Below, one piece after another: positions 50,164 to 58,864 of a DNA stretch of 64,000 bases. The translations under genes were made by a program, and so were the position numbers. The notes under the pieces were generated by a model. That model saw only the letters and a program-made list of their open reading frames with translations. It did no database searches and had not been told where the DNA came from. Origin of the DNA: an uncultured virus (IMG/VR IMGVR_UViG_3300006173_000005) (taxonomy: Duplodnaviria > Heunggongvirae > Uroviricota > Caudoviricetes); IMG/VR virus record IMGVR_UViG_3300006173_000005; one strand, given 5' to 3'. Position 1 is the stretch's first letter; each line of letters starts with the position of its first letter.

Positions 50164-50200
50164 TTGACAAGTAATCATTAAACGGCTATACTAGAAATCA
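50164..50200 (+). promoter_or_regulatory. Early promoter P3
   Basis: TTGACA-17-TATACT AGAAATCA. Confidence 0.85.
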
Positions 50201-50220
50201 AGATAAATTGGGAGGTAAAC

Positions 50221-50436
50221 ATGAATCGCACCGTCAAAGAAATTATTAGGCTGCACAAGTCCGGTTACACAAACCATCGTATCGCAGAAGCGCTGAATGT
50301 AGAGCATGGACTTGTGCGCGACACCATCAATAAGTTGTACGACCAGAAAGCCCAAGTAGGTCAACACAAAGACCTAGCCAAGAATACGGCTAATTATCGA
50401 ACCGCATCAACACGCAAAGCAAAGAACAGGGGTTAA
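50221..50436 (+). CDS. Small HTH protein
   Basis: IIRLHKSGYTNHRIAEALNV. Confidence 0.75.
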   Translation: MNRTVKEIIRLHKSGYTNHRIAEALNVEHGLVRDTINKLYDQKAQVGQHKDLAKNTANYRTASTRKAKNRG

Positions 50437-50664
50437 CCATGAAGCGAATTGCTATTGCTACATTCATTCTATTTGTCGCATTGTTCTGTCTGACAATGCA
50501 AAGCGACACAGAACTATCTTATACATGCCAACTTAACAAACAGCAACTACAAGTCATCGCGCTACTCAAATCGCGTAGTGACACACCTGCCAATTTTATC
50601 AGCGCAGAACAAGCGCGATTCTGCGATGAAAACAAAATTCGCTCCATGATGAATATTTCACACA

Positions 50665-51243
50665 GTGAGCCTGTCTACAATGACCAGTAGTACTATACTT
50701 GCAAAACCTATACAGTCTACAAATGTAGACGGCGCTATGCAGGAACTACGAGCGCTGCTCCTACTCAGTAACGCACCAGCCGTCGAAGTAGACTACTATA
50801 CAGCCCGATTAGACGCACTGGCGTTCGTTAGCCTGCCAGATCGCCAGCCCGATGAACCTGACATAGCAATCGCATGGGCTTATGGTCTGCTTTCAGTGAT
50901 TGGCGTAGACCCCTATTATCCTGCCCAGAAGGGCGACCAAGCCTTCTGGTTATCCGATGGTGGTCAACTACTGGCAGGCGTGCTATACAACGCCTATACG
51001 GGCCGATTGATAGCCATTAAAGATGCAGCGGAAATGTTGGGAATATTCCCACAGAACATCGGGCGCTGGGTAAAGCCCGGAATGCTGACTGCTGTACCAC
51101 TACCGCGCTGGACGCAGACCAAGTGGAGCGCCTATTACCGTGAACGTCGTGGGGATACTGAGCGCGTCCATTATATGCTCGTGCGCAGTGAAGTGATGAA
51201 GCTCAAACGGCATCGCACCCAAGCAAAAAAGCACAAGGAATAA
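50665..51243 (+). CDS. Protein with excisionase/MerR-like HTH
   Basis: AIKDAAEMLGIFPQNIGRWVKPGML. Confidence 0.6.
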   Translation: MSLSTMTSSTILAKPIQSTNVDGAMQELRALLLLSNAPAVEVDYYTARLDALAFVSLPDRQPDEPDIAIAWAYGLLSVIGVDPYYPAQKGDQAFWLSDGGQLLAGVLYNAYTGRLIAIKDAAEMLGIFPQNIGRWVKPGMLTAVPLPRWTQTKWSAYYRERRGDTERVHYMLVRSEVMKLKRHRTQAKKHKE

Positions 51244-51645
51244 CACTATGGACACCGAATGGTATCTACGAGGTCGGGGTGTCACGATTAAGGCAGGTGC
51301 AGTGTCCAAGTTTGGCGCAAAGTTTGAGCGCGATACGAAGGGTACACTGGCCCGTGACACCGAACCTGATGCAGAGAAATTCTCAGTATGGCTATACGAG
51401 CCGGTGAGTAATCGGTATATCGACAATGTGAAAACTGTCGTTATACCACGTGAATTCGTTGAATTTGAGCAGGGAGGATAAATGTTTCTATTACTAGTAT
51501 TATCCATCGTGGTTCATTTTGGTCTATACATCCATCGTCGTGCGCAGTTCCAAAAGCGCGCCAACATTCCTATGCCAACGCATCAACTACCGAAGTATCG
51601 CTAAGTCTATACTGTCCATATTGCACAAAGAAGAAATATCTAATC

Positions 51646-51882
51646 ATGACCAATCATATTACTCATCAAGCGCTCGATCAGAGTGAAACTTACTGCTATT
51701 CATGGTGGGAAGATGGCACAGTTACCCGCAGTTTACTTGATCGTCCTACCGCACACAGAGATGAACACGGCTATTACGTTTATGGCTCACTTCGCATCAA
51801 TCCACATGTACCAGTGATTCCACCGCCCACTTGGAACAATGTCGAATTCAAGTCCCGCATTGCAACTAAGTATGCCAAATAA
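51646..51882 (+). CDS. Hypothetical early protein
   Basis: Start context AATCATGACC shared with neighbours. Confidence 0.6.
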   Translation: MTNHITHQALDQSETYCYSWWEDGTVTRSLLDRPTAHRDEHGYYVYGSLRINPHVPVIPPPTWNNVEFKSRIATKYAK

Positions 51883-51965
51883 TCTCCACAATCACTAACA
51901 ATCATTGGGGGCTGCGCATCCATGATTACGCAGAATTTCAGCAATAAGAAGGAAATCTAACTATC

Positions 51966-52259
51966 ATGTCTGACAATCTACAGGTTTACGTTATCACTTG
52001 GCACGGCGTTGTTGTGGCAATATTCACCGACCAACGGCAAGCCCTGTTACATGCACGTGGACTAGCGCGTACAGAAATGGGTGATTATCGAGAGCAAGGG
52101 TCTCCTGAACATTTCATGAACTTCTATAACGAAATAGGAGAAAACGCACCAATCACTTTATCTGGACATCTAGTTAATGCACCAGACAGATTAGATGAAG
52201 CCTATCACGATGCTGCCATCTCGTATGAAATAGCTCAACGTATCGTATCAGGCTACTAA
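51966..52259 (+). CDS. Hypothetical early protein; candidate sRNA target
   Basis: RBS AGAAGGA; last gene before convergent terminator. Confidence 0.65.
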   Translation: MSDNLQVYVITWHGVVVAIFTDQRQALLHARGLARTEMGDYREQGSPEHFMNFYNEIGENAPITLSGHLVNAPDRLDEAYHDAAISYEIAQRIVSGY

Positions 52260-52271
52260 TCCTCCACCACC

Positions 52272-52300
52272 AAAACGGGCTACCCATCAGTAGCCCGTTC
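52272..52300. terminator. Bidirectional terminator at early/middle convergence
   Basis: AAAACGGGCTAC CCATCA GTAGCCCGTT. Confidence 0.8.
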
Positions 52301-54090
52301 TCATTTATACACCATATCTCTCCGTAAGATACTCCAGCGCATCAACCAATCTATCTACAGTATCAATGTCAAAAACGTCAGTTTCCATAGCGCTTAAAAA
52401 CATTAAATGCTTCTTGCATTGATCGCAGTAAACTTCTATCTCCCAGACATCAATATGCCCTTCCTCGGTAACGTAGCTCACATCTATGCTAATATCGTGC
52501 GCCTGATGAACTTCAAATTTATCACTGTATCCATATGCGTACAGTCTATTCAGTAGATCGTAAATGCGCGGATCGTCATTGATATGGTAACTCATCACTT
52601 CTCATCCAATAATGCCTGTATCGTCAAATCTATACTCGCAAGCTGCTTTCTCGTAAATGCTAGAGGCGCTCCCGGCTTTTGTAACAATTGAATTAGCCGT
52701 TCACGTTCCGCCTGTAATTTGGCTATCTGCTCTTGCTTTGCCCATTGCCTCTGCGAAAATAACTTATCCATCGTGATTAATTGTCCTCCCAAAAGTTTAT
52801 CCAGGCTTGATAGATACTCTCACGCTCATCTGGCGACACCCCGCGACATTCATGCTCAACCGCCGCTCTTGCAGCATCAGGGTCGGGCTGCTGGCTAATA
52901 AGTTCGTTTAATCGCTTCACCCTGCCTATACGGGCGTCTGCCTCATCCATATCGGACTTCGCTAGTTCAAGGGCGTCCTTGAGGGCGCTGAACGCCTCCG
53001 TGATACCCTCAGCGATTTGTCGAAACTCATCCTGAAAGTGTGCGATCATCTCTTGTTCGGTTAAGTAAATTTGCCGTTGCCGCTCATCATCAAAGTAGAT
53101 TTTATTGCTCATTGTCATCACCTTCGTCTAATTCATCTAAGATTAACTGGATGCGCTGTGCTTCCTTCTCCTTGATCTCAACCTTATCCAGCAGGTTTAC
53201 GATTTATGTATGCAGGGTCGTCAATCGCTGCTCAAGTTTTTCACGTGGGGTGTCTTCGTCAATGGTCATGACTTATTCCTCGCCAAGCAATCTGTCTAAA
53301 GTTTCCTTTGGTATACGCACAGCTTCCATGTACCCACGCCATATACGGTCTAGCGCGTTCTGTACATCTATCTCTGCTAAATCCGGCACGTCAAACGGCG
53401 GATTGACACCATAGCGCAGGTCTAGCGTATCGTCGCACTTCGGACAGGTGAACAGCATGTCATCGCGCTCGACCATCCACTGACCACAATTAGGACATCG
53501 TTGCTCAGTCATAGCTTCCCATCCTCTCTGCGCTTTTCCATCCATCGTTTCGCTAACGGGAACCCTATCTGCTTACCAATGTCTACCATCATGCCGATCA
53601 CCGCAGCAGTTTTAGGTAGCAGTTCTAGCTCACGATACATTTGGATGAACTTACTGTAAGGTTTGGTCATCTCCGTGAACGCCGGGTGAACTCCTTCTGG
53701 CCCAACTACCTCTAATTCAAAAAGTCTGCCTATTTGTTCACCCTCTAACATCAGATAAAAAACGTCGGGATGAACGGCAATTGACATAAACGCAACCGCC
53801 AATTCATCGGTGATACCCAACTCCTGAATGTTACTCATGATTTAACTACACCTTTCATCGCCATTAGTCCTTTCACCTTATTCTTTGCTGACTCTTTGGC
53901 CCCATCCATGCTCGTAAACCCTCGCTCATGGAAGTCTGCGCTCCGTAGCATGTCATCGCCAGCCCTATCCACAATAGCGTAATGCCAACGACGATCAACG
54001 GGGCTACCATCAGTCCACACTGTGATATGCGCGGGGCCTATCCATGCCTCACAGCACTCGTCGCCGCCAATGTCCTTAAAGTACGTCCAT

Positions 54091-54528
54091 CTAACCATGA
54101 CTACCTACCAATCGGTGATACATCACAATACTACCAGCAACCGCAACGTTATATGACATTAGATTGACACTCTCGATTGATACCACACACTGACAAATCG
54201 ACAACGCATCAGGCGATAATCCATGATCTTCTGCGCCTAACAAATAGACGCATTGTTTGGGATGCACAAAAGCACTCAGGGTAACTCCACCAAATTCAAC
54301 ACCAACTAGCAGACAATCAATCGGTCTATGTGTCTGAAAATCATCCAATGTCTCGTAGTGTCGCAGTGGAATATGTCGCGTAGCCTTGCAAGTATCACTG
54401 GCTTGCGCCTTGTAGCGACGACCAATAGTGAAGATACCAGACGCACCGAGTTGATATGCACTGCGCCATAGCGTGCCAATATTCTCTTCTGTTTTCGGGT
54501 GATAAATGCCAATCTCAAAATATCCCAT
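54091..54528 (-). CDS. SpoU/TrmH/TrmL-family SPOUT RNA 2'-O-methyltransferase
   Basis: ENIGTLWRSA, LLGAEDHGL, SYNVAVAGSIVMY. Confidence 0.9.
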   Translation of the reverse strand: MGYFEIGIYHPKTEENIGTLWRSAYQLGASGIFTIGRRYKAQASDTCKATRHIPLRHYETLDDFQTHRPIDCLLVGVEFGGVTLSAFVHPKQCVYLLGAEDHGLSPDALSICQCVVSIESVNLMSYNVAVAGSIVMYHRLVGSHG

Positions 54529-54761
54529 GATGTGCTATTCATCCTCCCCTAGTAATGGCAATTGCCCTAAATGTCCACTCGCAGATTTCACACTTGTATA
54601 CCTCAATCTCATCGCTCATTCCATCGAACACTGCCCTATGACGATGACAACGTTCGCACTCGATAGAGTCTTCATTAACCACAAATTCACCGTGAGTATT
54701 ACAAAACCAGCCATCGTCTTTCCAGATGAGCAACGAACCACAGTGTTCGCAGTAAATAGGC

Positions 54762-55688
54762 TCACTCATTGCCGCCTCCGATTAATGGCACATTGCGATT
54801 AATGAGTATACGCCCATTATCATCAATAGACGCCCCGCTCAGATAATCCTCGCCAGCATAAGCCGCAAGGTCACGAAACGTAGGCCCAATGATATAAACC
54901 ACATCATGTACAATTTGGGCTTGTTCATCAGTCGTCAACTCTCGTTTCATTGACTTCATACGTTTCGCACAAGCCTTATTCGCCTCTTTAAGTGCAGTCA
55001 ACGCATAATACCCTAGACGATCACGATACTTATCTTCGTCTTTGGGTAGCAATCCAAAGTATTTCACAATCTCCGCTTTGCTCATATCAAATAGACCACG
55101 ATTTTGGATAGCGCCTATCTCCCCAAAGTTAGGCGTATGTTCTTCGTGAGTAGCCAGTAGTGCGTTAGTCAATTCTTTTTGAGACTGTTTGCTTTCAACC
55201 CGTGCCGTTGCACGGTCTTCATCGAAACCTTTTAGCAGGTAAGCATTGATAGACTTAGTTGTTTCTAGCTTGGCTTGTTCGTCTGCAAGTTCCTGACGGC
55301 GCGTTTGACTAGCAAAATAGAGTTGCGCCTCAGCAATTATCGCTTTACTTGCATCGCTGTTCATGGCAATGAGATAACACGCCAACCGAGATAACTTGTA
55401 ATCGTCAATCTCTCGGATAACGCTATTGCCTAATTCGACCTTTTTCGCGATAGTAAGAAAATGTCTATCCGAGCCGCTTCCTGACTTATTACAAGAGATG
55501 ATCGCTTTAGAGATAGACTTACTAAAATTTTCCCATCGGCTGTACTCATAGACAGGCATAAGCTCACGAGCATACCAATACTCGTTGCCATCATCGTCTA
55601 TATGCTTAATGCTCTCAAATGGAATGCGAAGCTGAGGGATTGCAAGTTGAATATCTGAGGGGTTTGTGTTACGATTCTTCTTGGACAT
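54762..55688 (-). CDS. DinD-like Bro-N protein
   Basis: FESIKH..GNEYWYARELM..Y.RWENF, LSRLACYLIAMN, YFASQTRRQE; start MSKKN after RBS AAGGAAG. Confidence 0.85.
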   Translation of the reverse strand: MSKKNRNTNPSDIQLAIPQLRIPFESIKHIDDDGNEYWYARELMPVYEYSRWENFSKSISKAIISCNKSGSGSDRHFLTIAKKVELGNSVIREIDDYKLSRLACYLIAMNSDASKAIIAEAQLYFASQTRRQELADEQAKLETTKSINAYLLKGFDEDRATARVESKQSQKELTNALLATHEEHTPNFGEIGAIQNRGLFDMSKAEIVKYFGLLPKDEDKYRDRLGYYALTALKEANKACAKRMKSMKRELTTDEQAQIVHDVVYIIGPTFRDLAAYAGEDYLSGASIDDNGRILINRNVPLIGGGNE

Positions 55689-55828
55689 GGAACTACATCT
55701 TCCTTGTTTACGCCGATAGTTGATCCTATCGGCTTTTTCGTTTATATACGCCTGTACCGTCTGGGCGGATAGAACGGCTAAACCCACGCGCCTAACTCGT
55801 GTCAAACTTTCGTCACAGGCAATCTTAA

Positions 55829-56386
55829 TTATACACCCCATCTGCAATAATTCAACGCATACAGCGTATCTGTCAACGCTTCATAACCTATCGCAATGTC
55901 AATCGCATCAAGTCTATCCATCCCACTGTAGAACAACCTTCGTTCTTTATAATCCATTTGACGCCGAAGCATAAAGCGTTCTAATTTCACGGTAGATGTA
56001 AAAACATCGCCAATCACCCGCTCTAACTTCCACTCGTAGCCTTTTTGTCGATGCCTATCCTTATTGGTTAATGCGTACACTAGTCGCCACAGGGTAGCCT
56101 TAACGCCCTTGCTTGGCTCCCAGTGCCCAGTATACCGAGGTTGTTCCCAATCATCGAAAAAGAATTGAGTGCGAACAATCGTATCATTCACAACGCGCAA
56201 ATTAGATTGCGGATTGAATTGAGGATACTTGCCTTTTACGTAACGATTGAACTCATACAGTTCGTGAACTAGATAATCTATTCTGCCGATGACATTGGAG
56301 CCGTATTCACTTTTAATCCAATTGCAAAATTGAACGTTTACATCAGGTGGATAACTGGAGATTGTGTTATTATTGAGTGCAGACAT
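55829..56386 (-). CDS. Hypothetical protein
   Basis: RBS AAGGA, own promoter and leader hairpin. Confidence 0.65.
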   Translation of the reverse strand: MSALNNNTISSYPPDVNVQFCNWIKSEYGSNVIGRIDYLVHELYEFNRYVKGKYPQFNPQSNLRVVNDTIVRTQFFFDDWEQPRYTGHWEPSKGVKATLWRLVYALTNKDRHRQKGYEWKLERVIGDVFTSTVKLERFMLRRQMDYKERRLFYSGMDRLDAIDIAIGYEALTDTLYALNYCRWGV

Positions 56387-56494
56387 GAGGCTACTATCCT
56401 TGTGTCTATGAGATTACTTGCATGTTGAGTGCGGTAATCTCGTTTCATTTGATGCTTAATTGTACACCCAAATCCACTTACGCGCTACAACAAC

Positions 56495-56575
56495 AAAAGC
56501 CGCCTACGTGTACCTCCGCAGGCGGGTCTTATCCACAGTCACCATAACCGTCAAGTCGAGGTGGTTGCGAATGAT
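56495..56575 (-). ncRNA. Predicted sRNA-3 (~80 nt)
   Basis: -10 TACAAT (56587-82), GCAACCACCT 5' motif, CCGCCTGCG/CGTAGGCGG terminator + TTTT. Confidence 0.55.
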
Positions 56576-56592
56576 GAGTTAATTGTACACCT

Positions 56593-56660
56593 AAAACACA
56601 AACGGCGATACGTGAATATCGCCGCTTATGCCTGTCAAACATTAGCAAAGGAGGTTGCTG
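56593..56660 (-). ncRNA. Predicted sRNA-2 (~68 nt) with CCUCCU loop
   Basis: TGG-TATAAT; AGCAA-CCTCCT-TTGCT hairpin; CGGCGATA/TATCGCCG terminator. Confidence 0.65.
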
Positions 56661-56683
56661 GTAATCATTATACCATGAAAACG

Positions 56684-56713
56684 AAAACCACTAACTAGTT
56701 AGGTTAGTGGTTT
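56684..56713 (-). terminator. Terminator of tRNA-Met transcript
   Basis: AACCACTAAC...GTTAGTGGTT TTCGTTTT. Confidence 0.75.
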
Positions 56714-56747
56714 ATCCGAGTCGTGGAGCCTCTTTAATATTGGGTTG

Positions 56748-56819
56748 TAGCGCGGAAAGGAATTGCACCTTCGACCTTCTGGTTATGAGCCAGACGAGCT
56801 ACTACTGCTCTACCCCGCC
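56748..56819 (-). tRNA. tRNA-Met (CAT)
   Basis: Cloverleaf GGCGGGG..TCTGG-CTCATAA-CCAGA..GAAGG-TGCAATT-CCTTT; one acceptor mismatch, no encoded CCA. Confidence 0.85.
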
Positions 56820-56958
56820 ATAAACTCGCTCACGGTTTTACAAAGACGTGAGCGATAACCTTTGCTGCCATTTACCGTCATACAGTGACCATAGTAACGC
56901 ACCTAGCAGATACGTCCTATATCCTGCTGCTTAGGTCAGGATACTTACTACATGGTTA

Positions 56959-56987
56959 ATCATAATCCCTACTGCAAAATCTGTCAA
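56959..56987 (-). promoter_or_regulatory. Promoter for leader RNA + tRNA-Met
   Basis: TTGACA-17-TATGAT. Confidence 0.8.
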
Positions 56988-57058
56988 CCGCACAAAAAAA
57001 CAACCCGCAATCCTCTATGGGTATCGCAGGTTATTACGCACAGTCATCGTGTGCGATG

Positions 57059-57128
57059 TTGGGATGGCAAGAATCGAACTTGCGACGACGGAATCGCATC
57101 CGCTGTTTTACCACTAAACTACCACCCA
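57059..57128 (-). tRNA. tRNA-like RNA (Gln-like body) with 6-nt anticodon loop TGCGAT
   Basis: Intact D arm and GCAAG-TTCGATT-CTTGC T arm; two acceptor mismatches. Confidence 0.7.
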
Positions 57129-57179
57129 CGTTCACAGTATAAATCTACAGTTGCGCACCTGTTTTACTCCGTGAACTTG

Positions 57180-57254
57180 TCGGGCTGCGCAGATTTGAAC
57201 TGCGCTCCTATAGGCTCTAAATCCTATCGTGCTAACCGTATACACCATTACCCG
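57180..57254 (-). tRNA. tRNA-like RNA (Pro-like body) with 8-nt anticodon loop ATTTAGAG
   Basis: Intact D arm and CGCAG-TTCAAAT-CTGCG T arm; C1-G72, A73; two acceptor mismatches. Confidence 0.7.
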
Positions 57255-57336
57255 CATACATGGGACCAACGACCAAACCCTACAACCCATGTACTGCTCA
57301 GTACGATATTGGTCTCATGCGCCTATCATACATCAT

Positions 57337-57424
57337 AAAAACGGAACGCGCCACACTCTATTGGGGGAGTAGGTGGCGCGTCCGCTATCGTAAAGCAATC
57401 AGAAGGAAACTAATCATCACGACC
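57337..57424 (-). ncRNA. Predicted sRNA-1 (~88 nt), antisense to translation-initiation regions
   Basis: TTGACA(57459-54)-17-TAGACT(57436-31); GC-rich terminator + TTTTT. Confidence 0.7.
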
Positions 57425-57634
57425 AATTACAGTCTACTTGGTTATCGTTTGCGTGTCAACAAATACCCTATAACCGATACAATGGCAAGTGTTACAGCGA
57501 ATGTTACACAGTGCCAGGTGAGTAGTTCCCCAGGGCTTACTGAGAAAACGGGAACCATACCATCCCTACGATGAGTGTAATCAGGCACGCGATAATAATC
57601 GCTAATACATTGTAAATATGTTCACGCTTGATTG

Positions 57635-57763
57635 TCATAGATTACGGAACCCTCCACTTACTTTTGCCAACCAGTTGACGACAATAACACTAACGATAAT
57701 TAGCGTCAAAATGGCCCCAGCGAGGCCACCGCAGACTAGCAATAATAAATCGTGTACATTCAT
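57635..57763 (-). CDS. 42-aa single-TM peptide
   Basis: MNVHDLLLLVCGGLAGAILTLII...; ATGA-coupled to upstream gene. Confidence 0.55.
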   Translation of the reverse strand: MNVHDLLLLVCGGLAGAILTLIIVSVIVVNWLAKVSGGFRNL

Positions 57764-58518
57764 GGCATCGTGGTCGTTTCAGGGGGTGCAGTAGGCTTCT
57801 GGGCGTCAAGCTGGTTCTGTAAATCTCTCACTTGACCTTGTAACTGCCTTACTTGCGTCTCAAGCTGAACCACTTTCTCATTAGCTGTTGCTAAATCTTT
57901 TTCGACTTGAGCTTTTTCAGTCACCGCCGTCGCGTACTGCCTTTCAAGTTCCACGATACGCGCCTTCGCCAACTCAAGTTCAATCTGAGTAAGTCTCAAT
58001 TTCTCTAGCAGTTCGGACTTAGTAGTCTCAAGTTCGACCTGTGCTTCGGTGAGCGCCTTTTGCGTTCCTCTTAGTGCATCATCCATACTGCCCACCTTTT
58101 CCACAAGCTCGGCTATTTGGGCATCCCGCGCTTGGCTATCCAACGCTCGCTGCTTGAGCAAAGAATCAACTTCACTGGTAAACTTCTTTATCTTATCTTC
58201 GTTGTCTTCAACCCGTTTGTGGTAGGCTTGGTTTTCAGTGAGAACCGCTGCTTTTTGTGCAGCGAGTTCCCGGTTTGCATCTGCGAGGTAGGTAAGTACG
58301 GATGTCATCTGACTGCTAAACTGATTGACCGTTGTCAGCGTATCTTGAGCAGTGCTTTGCGTGGCCTGCGCCGTCACTTTCGCTTCAATCGCTGGCAGTT
58401 TTAATTGATCAATCAGACGTTCAAAATTCTTTTGATTGCGTACTAGAAATAAGGTAATGGGGCCACCAACTGCAATTACACTACCAATGAGTGTCCCAAT
58501 AATAACATTAACGTCCAT
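57760..58518 (-). CDS. Membrane-anchored long coiled-coil protein
   Basis: N-terminal TM then heptad-rich helix. Confidence 0.75.
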   Translation of the reverse strand: MDVNVIIGTLIGSVIAVGGPITLFLVRNQKNFERLIDQLKLPAIEAKVTAQATQSTAQDTLTTVNQFSSQMTSVLTYLADANRELAAQKAAVLTENQAYHKRVEDNEDKIKKFTSEVDSLLKQRALDSQARDAQIAELVEKVGSMDDALRGTQKALTEAQVELETTKSELLEKLRLTQIELELAKARIVELERQYATAVTEKAQVEKDLATANEKVVQLETQVRQLQGQVRDLQNQLDAQKPTAPPETTTMP

Positions 58519-58864
58519 TGGATGTCACCCGCTGGATCATTTGTGGAAGCAAAGTCAAATCGGATTTGACGATAAATCCCTGTGCGCCTAAATTGATTAA
58601 AGTAGTCATCGAGTCTTCTTGTAAAAAACCCGTGACGATAATCATCGGGATACGCAGCGTCGTAAACTTAGGTTCATTCAGCGCTAAGAGGGCGTTGTAC
58701 TGCGGCAAATTGTAATCCGCGAGTATAATGTCCCACCGCTCCTCTAATGCGTCTAAAAACGCTTTTTCAGTGGCAACAAGAAGCGACGTATACTCTAACC
58801 CGCGTAAACTGTAACGGATTAGCTGCACATCGTTAGGATTGTCCTCTAGGATAAGTATACGCAA
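58508..58864 (-). CDS. Single-domain response regulator (CheY-like receiver)
   Basis: ILILEDN, DIILADYNLP, IIVTG, GAQGFIVK; upstream TTGACT-17-TATGCT. Confidence 0.9.
   Translation of the reverse strand: MRILILEDNPNDVQLIRYSLRGLEYTSLLVATEKAFLDALEERWDIILADYNLPQYNALLALNEPKFTTLRIPMIIVTGFLQEDSMTTLINLGAQGFIVKSDLTLLPQMIQRVTSNGR

Noticed and set aside
56714..56747. Theta/HDV-like ribozyme 3' of tRNA-Met
   Set aside because: Trailer too short; no nested pseudoknot visible
57180..57254. Stop-suppressor tRNA implying a recoded genome
   Set aside because: Loop is 8 nt and ambiguous; genes are intact in code 11 and all three stops are used
56952..57574. Plus-strand 128- and 104-aa ORFs
   Set aside because: Antisense to tRNA-like and sRNA units; no RBS or protein-like features
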